From assembly GCA_965198125.1 (NCBI GenBank), contig CBDAOQ010000003.1:4554541-4618540 (forward strand): a DNA stretch of 64,000 nucleotides. The letters are read 5' to 3'. Shown here piece after piece: positions 8,540 to 17,150 of the stretch. The stretch is from Candidatus Versatilivorator sp. GTDB lineage: Bacteria; Acidobacteriota; Terriglobia; Versatilivoradales; Versatilivoraceae. Under the pieces are notes generated by a model. That model was not told the origin of the DNA, made no database searches, and saw only the letters and a list, made by a program, of their open reading frames with translations. Each line of letters opens with the position of its first letter. The first letter of the stretch is position 1. Made by a program: the position numbers and the translations under genes.

Positions 8540-11500
8540 GCTGACAGCTCTTCATATAGCTGTTCGTAGTCGGCGGCAAAGCGGGGAGAACTGTACTCAT
8601 CTTCCACCTTGGCCCGGGCATTGCCTCCCAATCGCCGGCGCTTGAGGGGATCTTTCAACAACTCCAGAGTGTAGTGGAGGAACTCGGCCGAGGAATCGGC
8701 AACCATCAGATCCCGATCGTGGTGAAAAGGGTAACCATCCAGGCAGAGCCGGGTCGCCACCACCGCTTTGCCCATGGCCATGGCCTCCAGCAGCTTGCCT
8801 CGAAGTCCGGCTCCGCTGACGATGGGGGCGACAAATACGGCGTGGCTGGAAAGGAGGGGGCGCAAATCCTCCACTCCGTCCAGAAAAGCCACCTGGCCCT
8901 TCTTGCTGTGTGCCGACAGATGGGAAGGAACCGATCGCCCGACGACGGTGAGGGTAGCATTGGGAACTGCTTCCAGGATCCCCGGCCATATTTCCCGGAA
9001 GAAATAGGACATCCCCTGCACATTGGGCGGATGCTTGAAGAAACCGACAAACATCAGGCTGTTGGGACGCTCCCGGACACCGGGCATGGACCTGAAAAAG
9101 TCGACGTCCACACCGCTTTGAGCCAGACAGGGTCGGGCCACCTTCAGCCGACGGCTCAGGTAGTCCCGGTCAACGGCCGAAAGGGCGACCACCGAACGGA
9201 CTTTGCGGCAAAGCCGTTTTTCGTAGACCCGCATCAGTCGCCACTTGATGAAGGCCGAGATCTTTTCTCCCCAGGACCCGGCCTTTCGGAAGAGGCGCTC
9301 ATAAGCCAGACTCAGCACTTCGTGGTGGGTGAGCAGGCTGGGATAGCGACGCAGGTCGGGGATGAAATTCAAGGTATGCAGGTACTCGCACTGCACCAGA
9401 TCGTAATCTCCGGTGCTCAACTCGTTGAGCACCTCTCTGCGCATCATCAAGCAGGCATGAACCACTGCCAACAGCTTCGAGAAAAGAAAAGCGCTCTTGA
9501 GCTCCCGGTCGTAGGGATAGAGCGTAATGGTTCGGACCTCCTTGCAGTACTGCTTCAAACGATCGACATGGGCTTGATCCTGGCTGGTTTCAATGAAGGA
9601 AAGGAGGGTGATCTCATTGCGGGCTGAAAGCCCCTTGAGAAGGTTCACCAGAATCCAGGAACCATCCACACCCAACCGGGGGAGCCGCTTGGAGACCACC
9701 AGGATCTTGCGAGGACCTGCCGGGCGGTCCCCGTTGGAGAGATAGCGGTGCCGGTAGAAAAACCAATGGTGGATGGCGGCAATGGCCTCCTGATCCGACA
9801 GACGTCCCGGCGGCGGACTGACCAGGCGGTTCCAGACCACCTGCGGAGCCTTGAGCAGCGCACCGGCAAAAGCCTTCAGGATGCCGAGGCGGCCGCGGCT
9901 GATATCGAGGAGGAAGCGGAAGGGCAACTTCAGAAGATGGCTGAAGAACAATCCGAACGAGGTAACGTTTTTCCAGAAAAGAACGAACAGGTTCCGGGCG
10001 ATCAGGTAGTCGATCCTGGAGTTCCCGATCTCGGTGGCGTTGGTGCTGCGATGCTTGTGGGCCACTCGGCTGGCCGGACAGAACAGCACGCGGAAACCAG
10101 CCTTCCAGGCTCGATAGGACAGGTCGGCATCTTCCACGTAGGCCGGATTGTAAATTTCGCTGAAACCGCCCAGTTCCAGGAATTTTTGTCTGTGGTAGGC
10201 GCTGGAACCGCCATGGGCATAGAAGGCCGGGACGTACTGGCGCTTCTCGTCCACCGGGGTGGGCGGGGTGTGTCCCACGTGCATGCAACCGAACATCATC
10301 ATCCCAAAGGTCTTCCCTGTTTCCAGGCGGGTCTTGCCGGAATCGTAGTTGAAAATCTGTGAGGTGACCGCAAAGACATCGGGCCGTTCGAACCCCTTGA
10401 GCAAGGGGTCCAGAAATCCGGGTTGGACAATCACGTCGTTGTTCAAGAGGACTACGACCTCGTTGCGGGCACACTGAACCCCGATGTTGTTGGCCCGACT
10501 GAAGCGGTAGTTCTTTTTCAGCTCGATCAGCCGAATGTTCCGGTAGTGCGTGCGCACGTAATCCTGTGTGCCGTCGGTGCTGCCGTTGTCCACCAGAATG
10601 ATTTCATGGTCACCTCCGTCATGGCGGACAGCCTCGACCAGCGCGTCCAGGGCCTCCTTGAGAATCTCCCGCTTGTTCCAGGTCAGGACGATCAGAGAGG
10701 CTCGGCGGCGACCCGAATCGGGGGTTTTGGAATGGGCCGCCGGTCGCCGTTGCCTGTCGACCAGGTTTTGATAGATATGCTCTACCTGGCCAACCATCAG
10801 CGACTTGTCAAAACGTCGATGCACAAGCTTCCGGCCATTGGCCCCCATTCTTCGACGTGATTCGGGATCCTTAACCAGCCGGACCACGGCCGAAGCCACG
10901 GCTTGCGAGTCTTCGGGTGGAATCAGCAGCCCCGTATGCTGCTCCGTCACCGCCTCGGGTGTTCCGCTGACCGAAGTGGCAACCACCGGCAAGCCGACCG
11001 CCATGGCCTCGAGTATGGAAAGCGGAAGCCCCTCGTAGAGCGATGTGAGCAGAAAGATGTCCAGGGCGGAAAGAATCTCGGCGACGTCCTCCCGAGCCCC
11101 CGCAAAGGTGACGTATGGCTGCAGCCCCAACTGGCGTACTCGATCCGCCAGCCTGGCTTGAGTCGGACCTTCCCCGACGAACAGAAACCGAGCCTGAGGG
11201 CAGGACTTCAATATGCTGGGGATGGCCTCCACCGTATACTGATGGCCCTTCTGAAAGTTGAAGCGCGCCACCGTGCCTATCAGCGTCTGTTCCGGACCGA
11301 TCCCAAGGCTCTGGCGAATGGCCCGTCTGCCGGACGCGGTGAAGGCAAATCGATTCACATCGATGCCGTTGAGAATCAACTTCAGTCGGTAGGGATTGAC
11401 CCGGTAGTCCTCAACCAGAAGCTGCTTGTTGGCCTGAGACACGGGAATGGTGTAGTCCAGGCAGAAGGTCATGACCCGTTTGACGAACTTTTTGGTCCGG

Positions 11501-11898
11501 ACGCCGGCCCGTTTTCCGATGGCCAACTGAAGATCCAGGTGTTCGGTTGCCAACCTCCAGGGCACCCGGCTGAAATAGGCCGCCAGGATTGGAACGAAGC
11601 AACTGAAGGTATTATTCAGGTTGAAGTGAACGATGGTGGGCTGCTGTCGCCGGAAATAGCGATAGGATTCCAGGAAGACTCTTAGTGGAGACCGGTTGGC
11701 GCTGTCCAGTTCGTCGACGAGGATGCCTCGGTCTTTAAAAAACCGGGCCAGCGGAGCCATCTCCGGAAGGGGAGAAAGCGCCACTCGAGGCTGGTACTGG
11801 TCGTGGGGTATTTCCGGGACGAGGAGTTTGAGGTAGGCTTCAGCGCCACCGAGGAAGACGGCGTCGCAGAAGTAAATCACCTTGTAGGGTGTCCGCAT
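8536..11898 (-). CDS. Tri-domain glycosyltransferase GT4-GT2-GT4 fusion
   Basis: N-terminal GT4 (GGAE, YEGLPLSILEAMA), central GT2 (LVDNGSTDGT, LLNND, YVEDADL), C-terminal GT4 (GAGLRGKLLEAMAMG). Confidence 0.88.
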   Translation of the reverse strand: MRTPYKVIYFCDAVFLGGAEAYLKLLVPEIPHDQYQPRVALSPLPEMAPLARFFKDRGILVDELDSANRSPLRVFLESYRYFRRQQPTIVHFNLNNTFSCFVPILAAYFSRVPWRLATEHLDLQLAIGKRAGVRTKKFVKRVMTFCLDYTIPVSQANKQLLVEDYRVNPYRLKLILNGIDVNRFAFTASGRRAIRQSLGIGPEQTLIGTVARFNFQKGHQYTVEAIPSILKSCPQARFLFVGEGPTQARLADRVRQLGLQPYVTFAGAREDVAEILSALDIFLLTSLYEGLPLSILEAMAVGLPVVATSVSGTPEAVTEQHTGLLIPPEDSQAVASAVVRLVKDPESRRRMGANGRKLVHRRFDKSLMVGQVEHIYQNLVDRQRRPAAHSKTPDSGRRRASLIVLTWNKREILKEALDALVEAVRHDGGDHEIILVDNGSTDGTQDYVRTHYRNIRLIELKKNYRFSRANNIGVQCARNEVVVLLNNDVIVQPGFLDPLLKGFERPDVFAVTSQIFNYDSGKTRLETGKTFGMMMFGCMHVGHTPPTPVDEKRQYVPAFYAHGGSSAYHRQKFLELGGFSEIYNPAYVEDADLSYRAWKAGFRVLFCPASRVAHKHRSTNATEIGNSRIDYLIARNLFVLFWKNVTSFGLFFSHLLKLPFRFLLDISRGRLGILKAFAGALLKAPQVVWNRLVSPPPGRLSDQEAIAAIHHWFFYRHRYLSNGDRPAGPRKILVVSKRLPRLGVDGSWILVNLLKGLSARNEITLLSFIETSQDQAHVDRLKQYCKEVRTITLYPYDRELKSAFLFSKLLAVVHACLMMRREVLNELSTGDYDLVQCEYLHTLNFIPDLRRYPSLLTHHEVLSLAYERLFRKAGSWGEKISAFIKWRLMRVYEKRLCRKVRSVVALSAVDRDYLSRRLKVARPCLAQSGVDVDFFRSMPGVRERPNSLMFVGFFKHPPNVQGMSYFFREIWPGILEAVPNATLTVVGRSVPSHLSAHSKKGQVAFLDGVEDLRPLLSSHAVFVAPIVSGAGLRGKLLEAMAMGKAVVATRLCLDGYPFHHDRDLMVADSSAEFLHYTLELLKDPLKRRRLGGNARAKVEDEYSSPRFAADYEQLYEELSA

Positions 11899-12170
11899 GG
11901 ACCGCCACCGACCTCGTGCAGGCTTGGGCGAGGATTTGCAGATTCCACTCCTCTCTCGGCGCCAATCTTGGGAGAATTATACAGTACTGTAGAAAAGGGC
12001 GGCAACTTGGATATACTCGGTTCGAACGGACCGCCACGACAAAATCCATGGCAGCAGGAGTCGGTTTCGCCGCCCCTGAGGTCGAGCTTGCGGCAGGAAT
12101 CGACGGTCCCATAGCCAACTGACGGATCTTCAACCGGACCTGTAGCCTTCGATCCGATACCAGCAATTCC

Positions 12171-14081
12171 ATGTCCCATGTTCACCCGGTGTCTGCCAAG
12201 ACCATGCAGGGCGCCTCGCTCATGGTTCTGCGTACCGCGGCCTTGTATCCCATAGGTTTCCTGGGTGAAGTCTGGCTGGCACGGCTGTTGGAACCCCAGG
12301 ACTTCGGTGTCTACGCCATGGCCGGCTTCGTCACCGTAACCCTGGCCACGGTCCTCGAGGTAGGCCTGGGGGGCGCCCTCATACAGCGGCCCGAGCCACC
12401 CGGCCGGGATGAATTCCAGACATTTTTTTCCTTGCAACTTCTGGTGATCTCCGTCCTGGTCCTGGGCCTGTTCCTGCTTGCTCCCCGACTGCTCGGCTGG
12501 ATGAACCTCGATTCGAGCGTCCGCTGGATACTGCTTGGCCTGTTACCCTGTCCCTGGATCAGCGGTTTGGGGGCCATGTCCTGCGTCCGCCTGGACAGGA
12601 GCCTTCGCTACGGCGTGTTTGCCAAAATGGACGTACTGAGAGTGCTCTCCTACGTCGGCATTGCCGTGCCCCTGGCTATTTTGGGGTGGGGCGTCTGGAG
12701 TCTGGTGGTCGGAATCGTGGCTGGCACGCTGGTGCGAAGCGCGGTGGCCTTTCAGGCTGCCCCCTGGCCCGTTGGATTTCGATTGCGGTTTTCAGGAATG
12801 GGGAAAACCCTGCGCTTTGGTTTTCTCTTCCAGGCCTCGACGCTGACCTCCCTCTTTCGCGACCATATCCCGGTGTTGCTGGCCGGTCCTCGATTCGGCC
12901 CGCAGTCTGTAGGCTACCTGAATTGGGCCAAGAACATGACTTTCTACAGCAGTCAGGCCTTCACCCAGGCAGTGTCCCGAGTGACCTTTCCCTCTATTTC
13001 ACGCGTCCAGCAGGATCCGCAGGCAGTCCGCCAGATAGCACAGAACACTCTCAAGTACGTCAACCTCTTAACCTTCCCGAGTATCCTGATCTTCGCGGCC
13101 TTGATACCCGAGTTCGTGCAAGTGGTATTTACCTCCAAATGGGCTCCGGCCATTCCGGCCTTTTACTTTTATTCCATCCGAATGCTTGGATCCAACATCA
13201 GCACGCTTCATATTGCCGTGCTGAACGGTCTGGGAAGGGTTGAGATCTCCCTGCGAATCCTGGTCTGGTGGACAATTCTGGATTGGGCTCTGGCATTGAT
13301 GCTCTGTTCCTGGTTCGGATTCGAAGGGGTGGCCATGGCTTATGCAATCAGCGTGATTCCCGTTGCCGCCTGGCTGGTCCTGGAACTGAACAAGCTGGTA
13401 AAGGTCGATCTGTTGCGGAGTCTTGTCTTCCCGCTTGCGATCAGTGGCGCGGCAGCAACCGCGGTCTGGCTGGCCAAAGGCGGAAGCCAGGCCTCCTGGC
13501 TGACCCTTTGCGGATGGATATTGGCCGGGCTCGTCTTTTATGTCCTGTTATTGCTGCTGGTTGAGGGGCGGTCCCTGCTCGGGGACATTCGAGTTTTTCT
13601 GACAACCCTGGCCCGGAGGGAACGAAAGATTCACCTGATTCCGAGTTGCGCAGAGATTTCCCGAATCAGTGCGTTCAATGGGGCGTGCCTCCCCATTTCC
13701 CTGCACCCAGTCGCCATGGATACACGGGATAAACAGGATGAAGAACCGGGCGATCCCGTTTATCCTCGCCATCCTGTCAATCCATGTAAAACAAGAATCG
13801 AAGGGACGACCTGGATGGCAGATGAGGGTTGCTTAGCGGGAACGATTGCAAGCCGGTTCTTTGGGTTTTTCTTAGTGTCCCTTCGTGGTCCTTCGTGCCC
13901 CTTCGTGGATATCTTTTTCCCCTTCATTGCTTGTTGCTCTGAGGCACAGCTCACTAGTCAACCGGACAGACACGATCACGCGATTCCATGCGCAGAGTCC
14001 TCCAAATTTCCCTTTGGCTCACCCAATGGAGCGAGCGGTGGATGCCCAGTGCATTCTCCATCGCCGCCGGACTCACCCTGA
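12171..14081 (+). CDS. Wzx/PST-family oligosaccharide flippase; the last ~150 codons read through intergenic repeats
   Basis: LARLLEPQDFG, many TM segments, PKW-like SKWAPAIP. The hydrophobic domain ends near 13630 and the rest translates repeat DNA. Confidence 0.8.
   Translation: MSHVHPVSAKTMQGASLMVLRTAALYPIGFLGEVWLARLLEPQDFGVYAMAGFVTVTLATVLEVGLGGALIQRPEPPGRDEFQTFFSLQLLVISVLVLGLFLLAPRLLGWMNLDSSVRWILLGLLPCPWISGLGAMSCVRLDRSLRYGVFAKMDVLRVLSYVGIAVPLAILGWGVWSLVVGIVAGTLVRSAVAFQAAPWPVGFRLRFSGMGKTLRFGFLFQASTLTSLFRDHIPVLLAGPRFGPQSVGYLNWAKNMTFYSSQAFTQAVSRVTFPSISRVQQDPQAVRQIAQNTLKYVNLLTFPSILIFAALIPEFVQVVFTSKWAPAIPAFYFYSIRMLGSNISTLHIAVLNGLGRVEISLRILVWWTILDWALALMLCSWFGFEGVAMAYAISVIPVAAWLVLELNKLVKVDLLRSLVFPLAISGAAATAVWLAKGGSQASWLTLCGWILAGLVFYVLLLLLVEGRSLLGDIRVFLTTLARRERKIHLIPSCAEISRISAFNGACLPISLHPVAMDTRDKQDEEPGDPVYPRHPVNPCKTRIEGTTWMADEGCLAGTIASRFFGFFLVSLRGPSCPFVDIFFPFIACCSEAQLTSQPDRHDHAIPCAESSKFPFGSPNGASGGCPVHSPSPPDSP
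13715..13787. repeat. Inverted ACAGGAT-type repeat pair
   Basis: CCATGGATACACGGGATAAACAGGAT ... ATCCTCGCCATCCTGTCAATCCATGT; same family as 4386-4592 and 30851-31088. Confidence 0.65.
13871..13945. repeat. ~75-bp dispersed repeat with a CTTCGTG triad (second copy 39857-39930)
   Basis: CTTAGTG..CTTCGTGGTCCTTCGTGCCCCTTCGTGGATATCTTTTTCC..CTTGTTG..TGAGGC nearly identical at both sites. Confidence 0.8.
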
Positions 14082-15340
14082 TAATCTTTCTGGCCGGTTG
14101 GCTCGCAGGGGGAGCTTCGCTGGTGGACTGCGTCCGGTACTGGGGCGATGGATTCTGGGTCCTGCTCGAGTTTGGCATGCAGATGTGCCTGATGCTGGTG
14201 GCCGGCTATCTGCTGGCCTCCTCCCCCCTGGTCAAGCGTCTGTTGAGCCTGCTGACTTCTCACTTTCAAACCCCCAGGAACGCGATCGCCGGTCTGGCTC
14301 TGCTCTCCATGGCCTTGAGCTGGATCAACTGGGCACTGGGAATCGTGGGTGGAGCCGTGCTGGCTCGCCTGTTTGCCCGGAGAGTCCCCCAGCTCGACCT
14401 GCGTCTGATCGTTGCCGTAGCCTACCTGGGTCTGGGGTGCACCTGGCACGCCGGCCTCTCGGCCTCCGCACCTCTCCTGGTCGCGACTCCGGGACATTTT
14501 CTGGAGAGCGAGATCGGGTTGATCCCCACCGAATTGACGATCTTCCACCCTTTCAACCTGCTCTTGACCGTGGCCGTGCTGATCAGCCTGACCTTCCTGG
14601 TCTGGCAATTGGCCCGCTGGACACCGCTCTCCCCGTCACAAACGCAAGCCCAGCGTGCTCGCTTGGGGCGCGTCGACTCTCCCAAGCCGCCGGCGACCGC
14701 CAGAGAGGGCCGGCCTTCCCTGGCATCCATCCTGGACCGCGGCTATTGGCTGAACGGACTGCTGGGGGCTTGCGGCCTCGCCTGGGTTGTGACGACCTGG
14801 TTGGACAACCAGCTCCAGGTCACCTTCAACAGCATCAATTTCCTGCTGTTGTTCCTCGGGATCACCCTGCATCCTAGCCCCGACTCGGTCAGCCGCTCGG
14901 CAAAGGAGGCGGTCTCCTTCGTGTATGGGATTATTCTGCAGTTTCCCTTCTATGCGGGCATGTTCGGCATCATCAAAGGCACCGGACTCTCCGCGGTCAT
15001 GGGTAATGCTTTTGTCTCGGTTGCTTCAGCTCGGACACTGCCTTTGCTGGTCTACTGGTATTCGGGCATCGTCAACTACTTTGTGCCTTCCGGGGGATCC
15101 AAGTGGGCCATAGAGGCTCCCTACCTGGTGGCGGCTGCACAGAACCTGGGAGTTCCCATCAACCAAGTGGTTCTGGCCTACGCCTGGGGAGACATGGCGA
15201 CCAACCTGCTTCATCCCTTCTGGGCACTCCCCCTCATTACCGCCACCGGTCTGGAGTTTCGGGAAATTCTGGGGTACGGGATCGTTATTTTCTGTTTCTA
15301 CGTCAGCCTGGTCAGCCTGGCTATCTGGTTCTTTCTCTAA
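13988..15340 (+). CDS. atoE: Short-chain fatty acid transporter (AtoE/TIGR00366 family)
   Basis: WMPSAF, WGDGFW, FGMQM, INWAL, WHAGLSASAPL, QFPFYAGMFG, VPSGGSKW, AWGD motifs. Confidence 0.85.
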   Translation: MRRVLQISLWLTQWSERWMPSAFSIAAGLTLIIFLAGWLAGGASLVDCVRYWGDGFWVLLEFGMQMCLMLVAGYLLASSPLVKRLLSLLTSHFQTPRNAIAGLALLSMALSWINWALGIVGGAVLARLFARRVPQLDLRLIVAVAYLGLGCTWHAGLSASAPLLVATPGHFLESEIGLIPTELTIFHPFNLLLTVAVLISLTFLVWQLARWTPLSPSQTQAQRARLGRVDSPKPPATAREGRPSLASILDRGYWLNGLLGACGLAWVVTTWLDNQLQVTFNSINFLLLFLGITLHPSPDSVSRSAKEAVSFVYGIILQFPFYAGMFGIIKGTGLSAVMGNAFVSVASARTLPLLVYWYSGIVNYFVPSGGSKWAIEAPYLVAAAQNLGVPINQVVLAYAWGDMATNLLHPFWALPLITATGLEFREILGYGIVIFCFYVSLVSLAIWFFL

Positions 15341-15415
15341 AACAGTCATCCATGGCTGGAGGTTCGGCCAGTGGGCATCAACAAGTCCATCAATATCCCC
15401 GGAATGGACAACTCC

Positions 15416-15874
15416 ATGTCCCGGCGCTATCCATCCGCTCCTGTATGTGCGGTAGGAGCCCTGATCTATCGAGGAAGCCAGATCCTGCTGGTGCGACGGG
15501 GAAAAGCGCCTTCCCTGGGGAAATGGTCGGTCCCCGGAGGACGTTTGCATCTCGGAGAGACTCTGGAAGCGGCGGTCATCCGGGAAACCCGCGAGGAAAC
15601 CCGCTTGGCCGTCCGTCCATTGAGGATCGGGAAGGTGGTGGAACATCTCTTAAGGGATGAGCGGGGAGACATCGAGTACCACTACGTGATCGTGGATTAT
15701 GTCTGTCAGGTTATCGACGGTTCACCCCAACCGGCCAGCGATGCCAGCGAAGTCCGGTTCGTGGAAATTTCCGAGCTGGGTCAATGGGACATGACCGAAG
15801 GAACCGCTCAAGTCATTCAAGAGGTCTTCGACCAGACCGTCCGGCGGGCTGGAGACCCGAATTCACCGAGTTGA
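15416..15874 (+). CDS. NUDIX hydrolase
   Basis: Nudix box PGGRLHLGETLEAAVIRETREETRL. Confidence 0.88.
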   Translation: MSRRYPSAPVCAVGALIYRGSQILLVRRGKAPSLGKWSVPGGRLHLGETLEAAVIRETREETRLAVRPLRIGKVVEHLLRDERGDIEYHYVIVDYVCQVIDGSPQPASDASEVRFVEISELGQWDMTEGTAQVIQEVFDQTVRRAGDPNSPS

Positions 15875-15890
15875 AGGGTAGAAATGCCGG

Positions 15891-17030
15891 CTAGGATTCC
15901 AAGGGCCTGCCGAGCACCTGTTCGTAGGTTTTCCAAGCCATCTCGGTAGACTTCTTCCAGGAATACTTCTTGACCTGGCGGAAACCTTTTTCCCTAAGGT
16001 CCCGACGCAGGCTCGAATCGAACAGCAACTGCCTCAACCCTCTGCTGATGTCGAAAACATTTTCGGGGTTGACCAGCAGCGCCGCGTCTCCCAGCACCTC
16101 CGGCAGGGAAGACACATTCGAGGTCAATACCGGAGTGCCGTTGGCCATGGCCTCCAATGGAGGCAAGCCAAACCCCTCGTAGAGGGAGGGGAAAACAAAG
16201 ATCTGAGCCGTACGATAAAAGACCCGCAAGGTCTCATAGGGAACGAACCCCAGGAAACGCACCTCGTGCTGGAGGCCGCCTCGCACGGCAGTCCTCCGTA
16301 GGAGTTGGTATCGGGAGAGTTCGTCACCGATAATCAACAGTTTTAGATCCCTCCACTCCGGATCTTCCCGCAATTCGCTCTTAAGCACGGCGAAGGCTTC
16401 GATGGCGCGTGCCAGGTTCTTGTGGGGCCGCACGTTACCGGTGTAGAGCAGAAACGGCGCATCCACCTGATATCGCTCCAGAATTCTCTTCTTCTCCTCT
16501 TCCCCCGACGCGGCGGTCAAACGCTCATCGATCGCATTGTGAATGACCGTTATTTTTTCGCCGGGAACGTTGAAGAGACGGGTCAGATCGCGGCGCGTCG
16601 CTTCCGAAACGGCAATGATCCGGCTGCAACGCCTGACCGATCGGCGGGTTCGCAGCCAGGCACGTCTGAATTCCGCTTTGGAACCCGCCGCGCGGGGAAA
16701 CAGAACGTGCACGCAATCATGGACGGTGATCACCGAACGACAGCGCAGGAAGCGCGGGGAGTGGTAGTGAGGGGTGTGCAGAAGGTCCACCCGGCGCCTG
16801 TCCAGCAGGCGGGGAAGTACCAGGTTGTCCCAAAGACTGCTGCCCGCGGTGGGTTCCATGAGGAAATCGAAGTTCGGGGGCAGCGGCTCCAGTTCCTCCG
16901 GGTGGCCGGGGCGGGCCACCAGGACGACAGAAGTTTTGCGGGCCAGAGAGGCCAAATGGAGGACCAGATTGCGGATATAGGTCCCAATCCCGTGGTCGTG
17001 CAACCTCCGAATGTCGAAAGCGATTTTCAT
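15891..17030 (-). CDS. GT4 glycosyltransferase
   Basis: MKIAFD, GIGTY, TVHD, RPHKN, PSLYEGFGLPPLEAMA. Confidence 0.92.
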   Translation of the reverse strand: MKIAFDIRRLHDHGIGTYIRNLVLHLASLARKTSVVLVARPGHPEELEPLPPNFDFLMEPTAGSSLWDNLVLPRLLDRRRVDLLHTPHYHSPRFLRCRSVITVHDCVHVLFPRAAGSKAEFRRAWLRTRRSVRRCSRIIAVSEATRRDLTRLFNVPGEKITVIHNAIDERLTAASGEEEKKRILERYQVDAPFLLYTGNVRPHKNLARAIEAFAVLKSELREDPEWRDLKLLIIGDELSRYQLLRRTAVRGGLQHEVRFLGFVPYETLRVFYRTAQIFVFPSLYEGFGLPPLEAMANGTPVLTSNVSSLPEVLGDAALLVNPENVFDISRGLRQLLFDSSLRRDLREKGFRQVKKYSWKKSTEMAWKTYEQVLGRPLES

Positions 17031-17150
17031 GAACCTTGTGCCTGTTCAGGCTCGATGAAAGGCAGGCTATGGGGCCCGCCGGCCCTGTCCCGTTGCAAGG
17101 ATTCCTCTTGAAATCGTGACCGCTGAGGATTGTCCCGCAATGCGGGCCAG

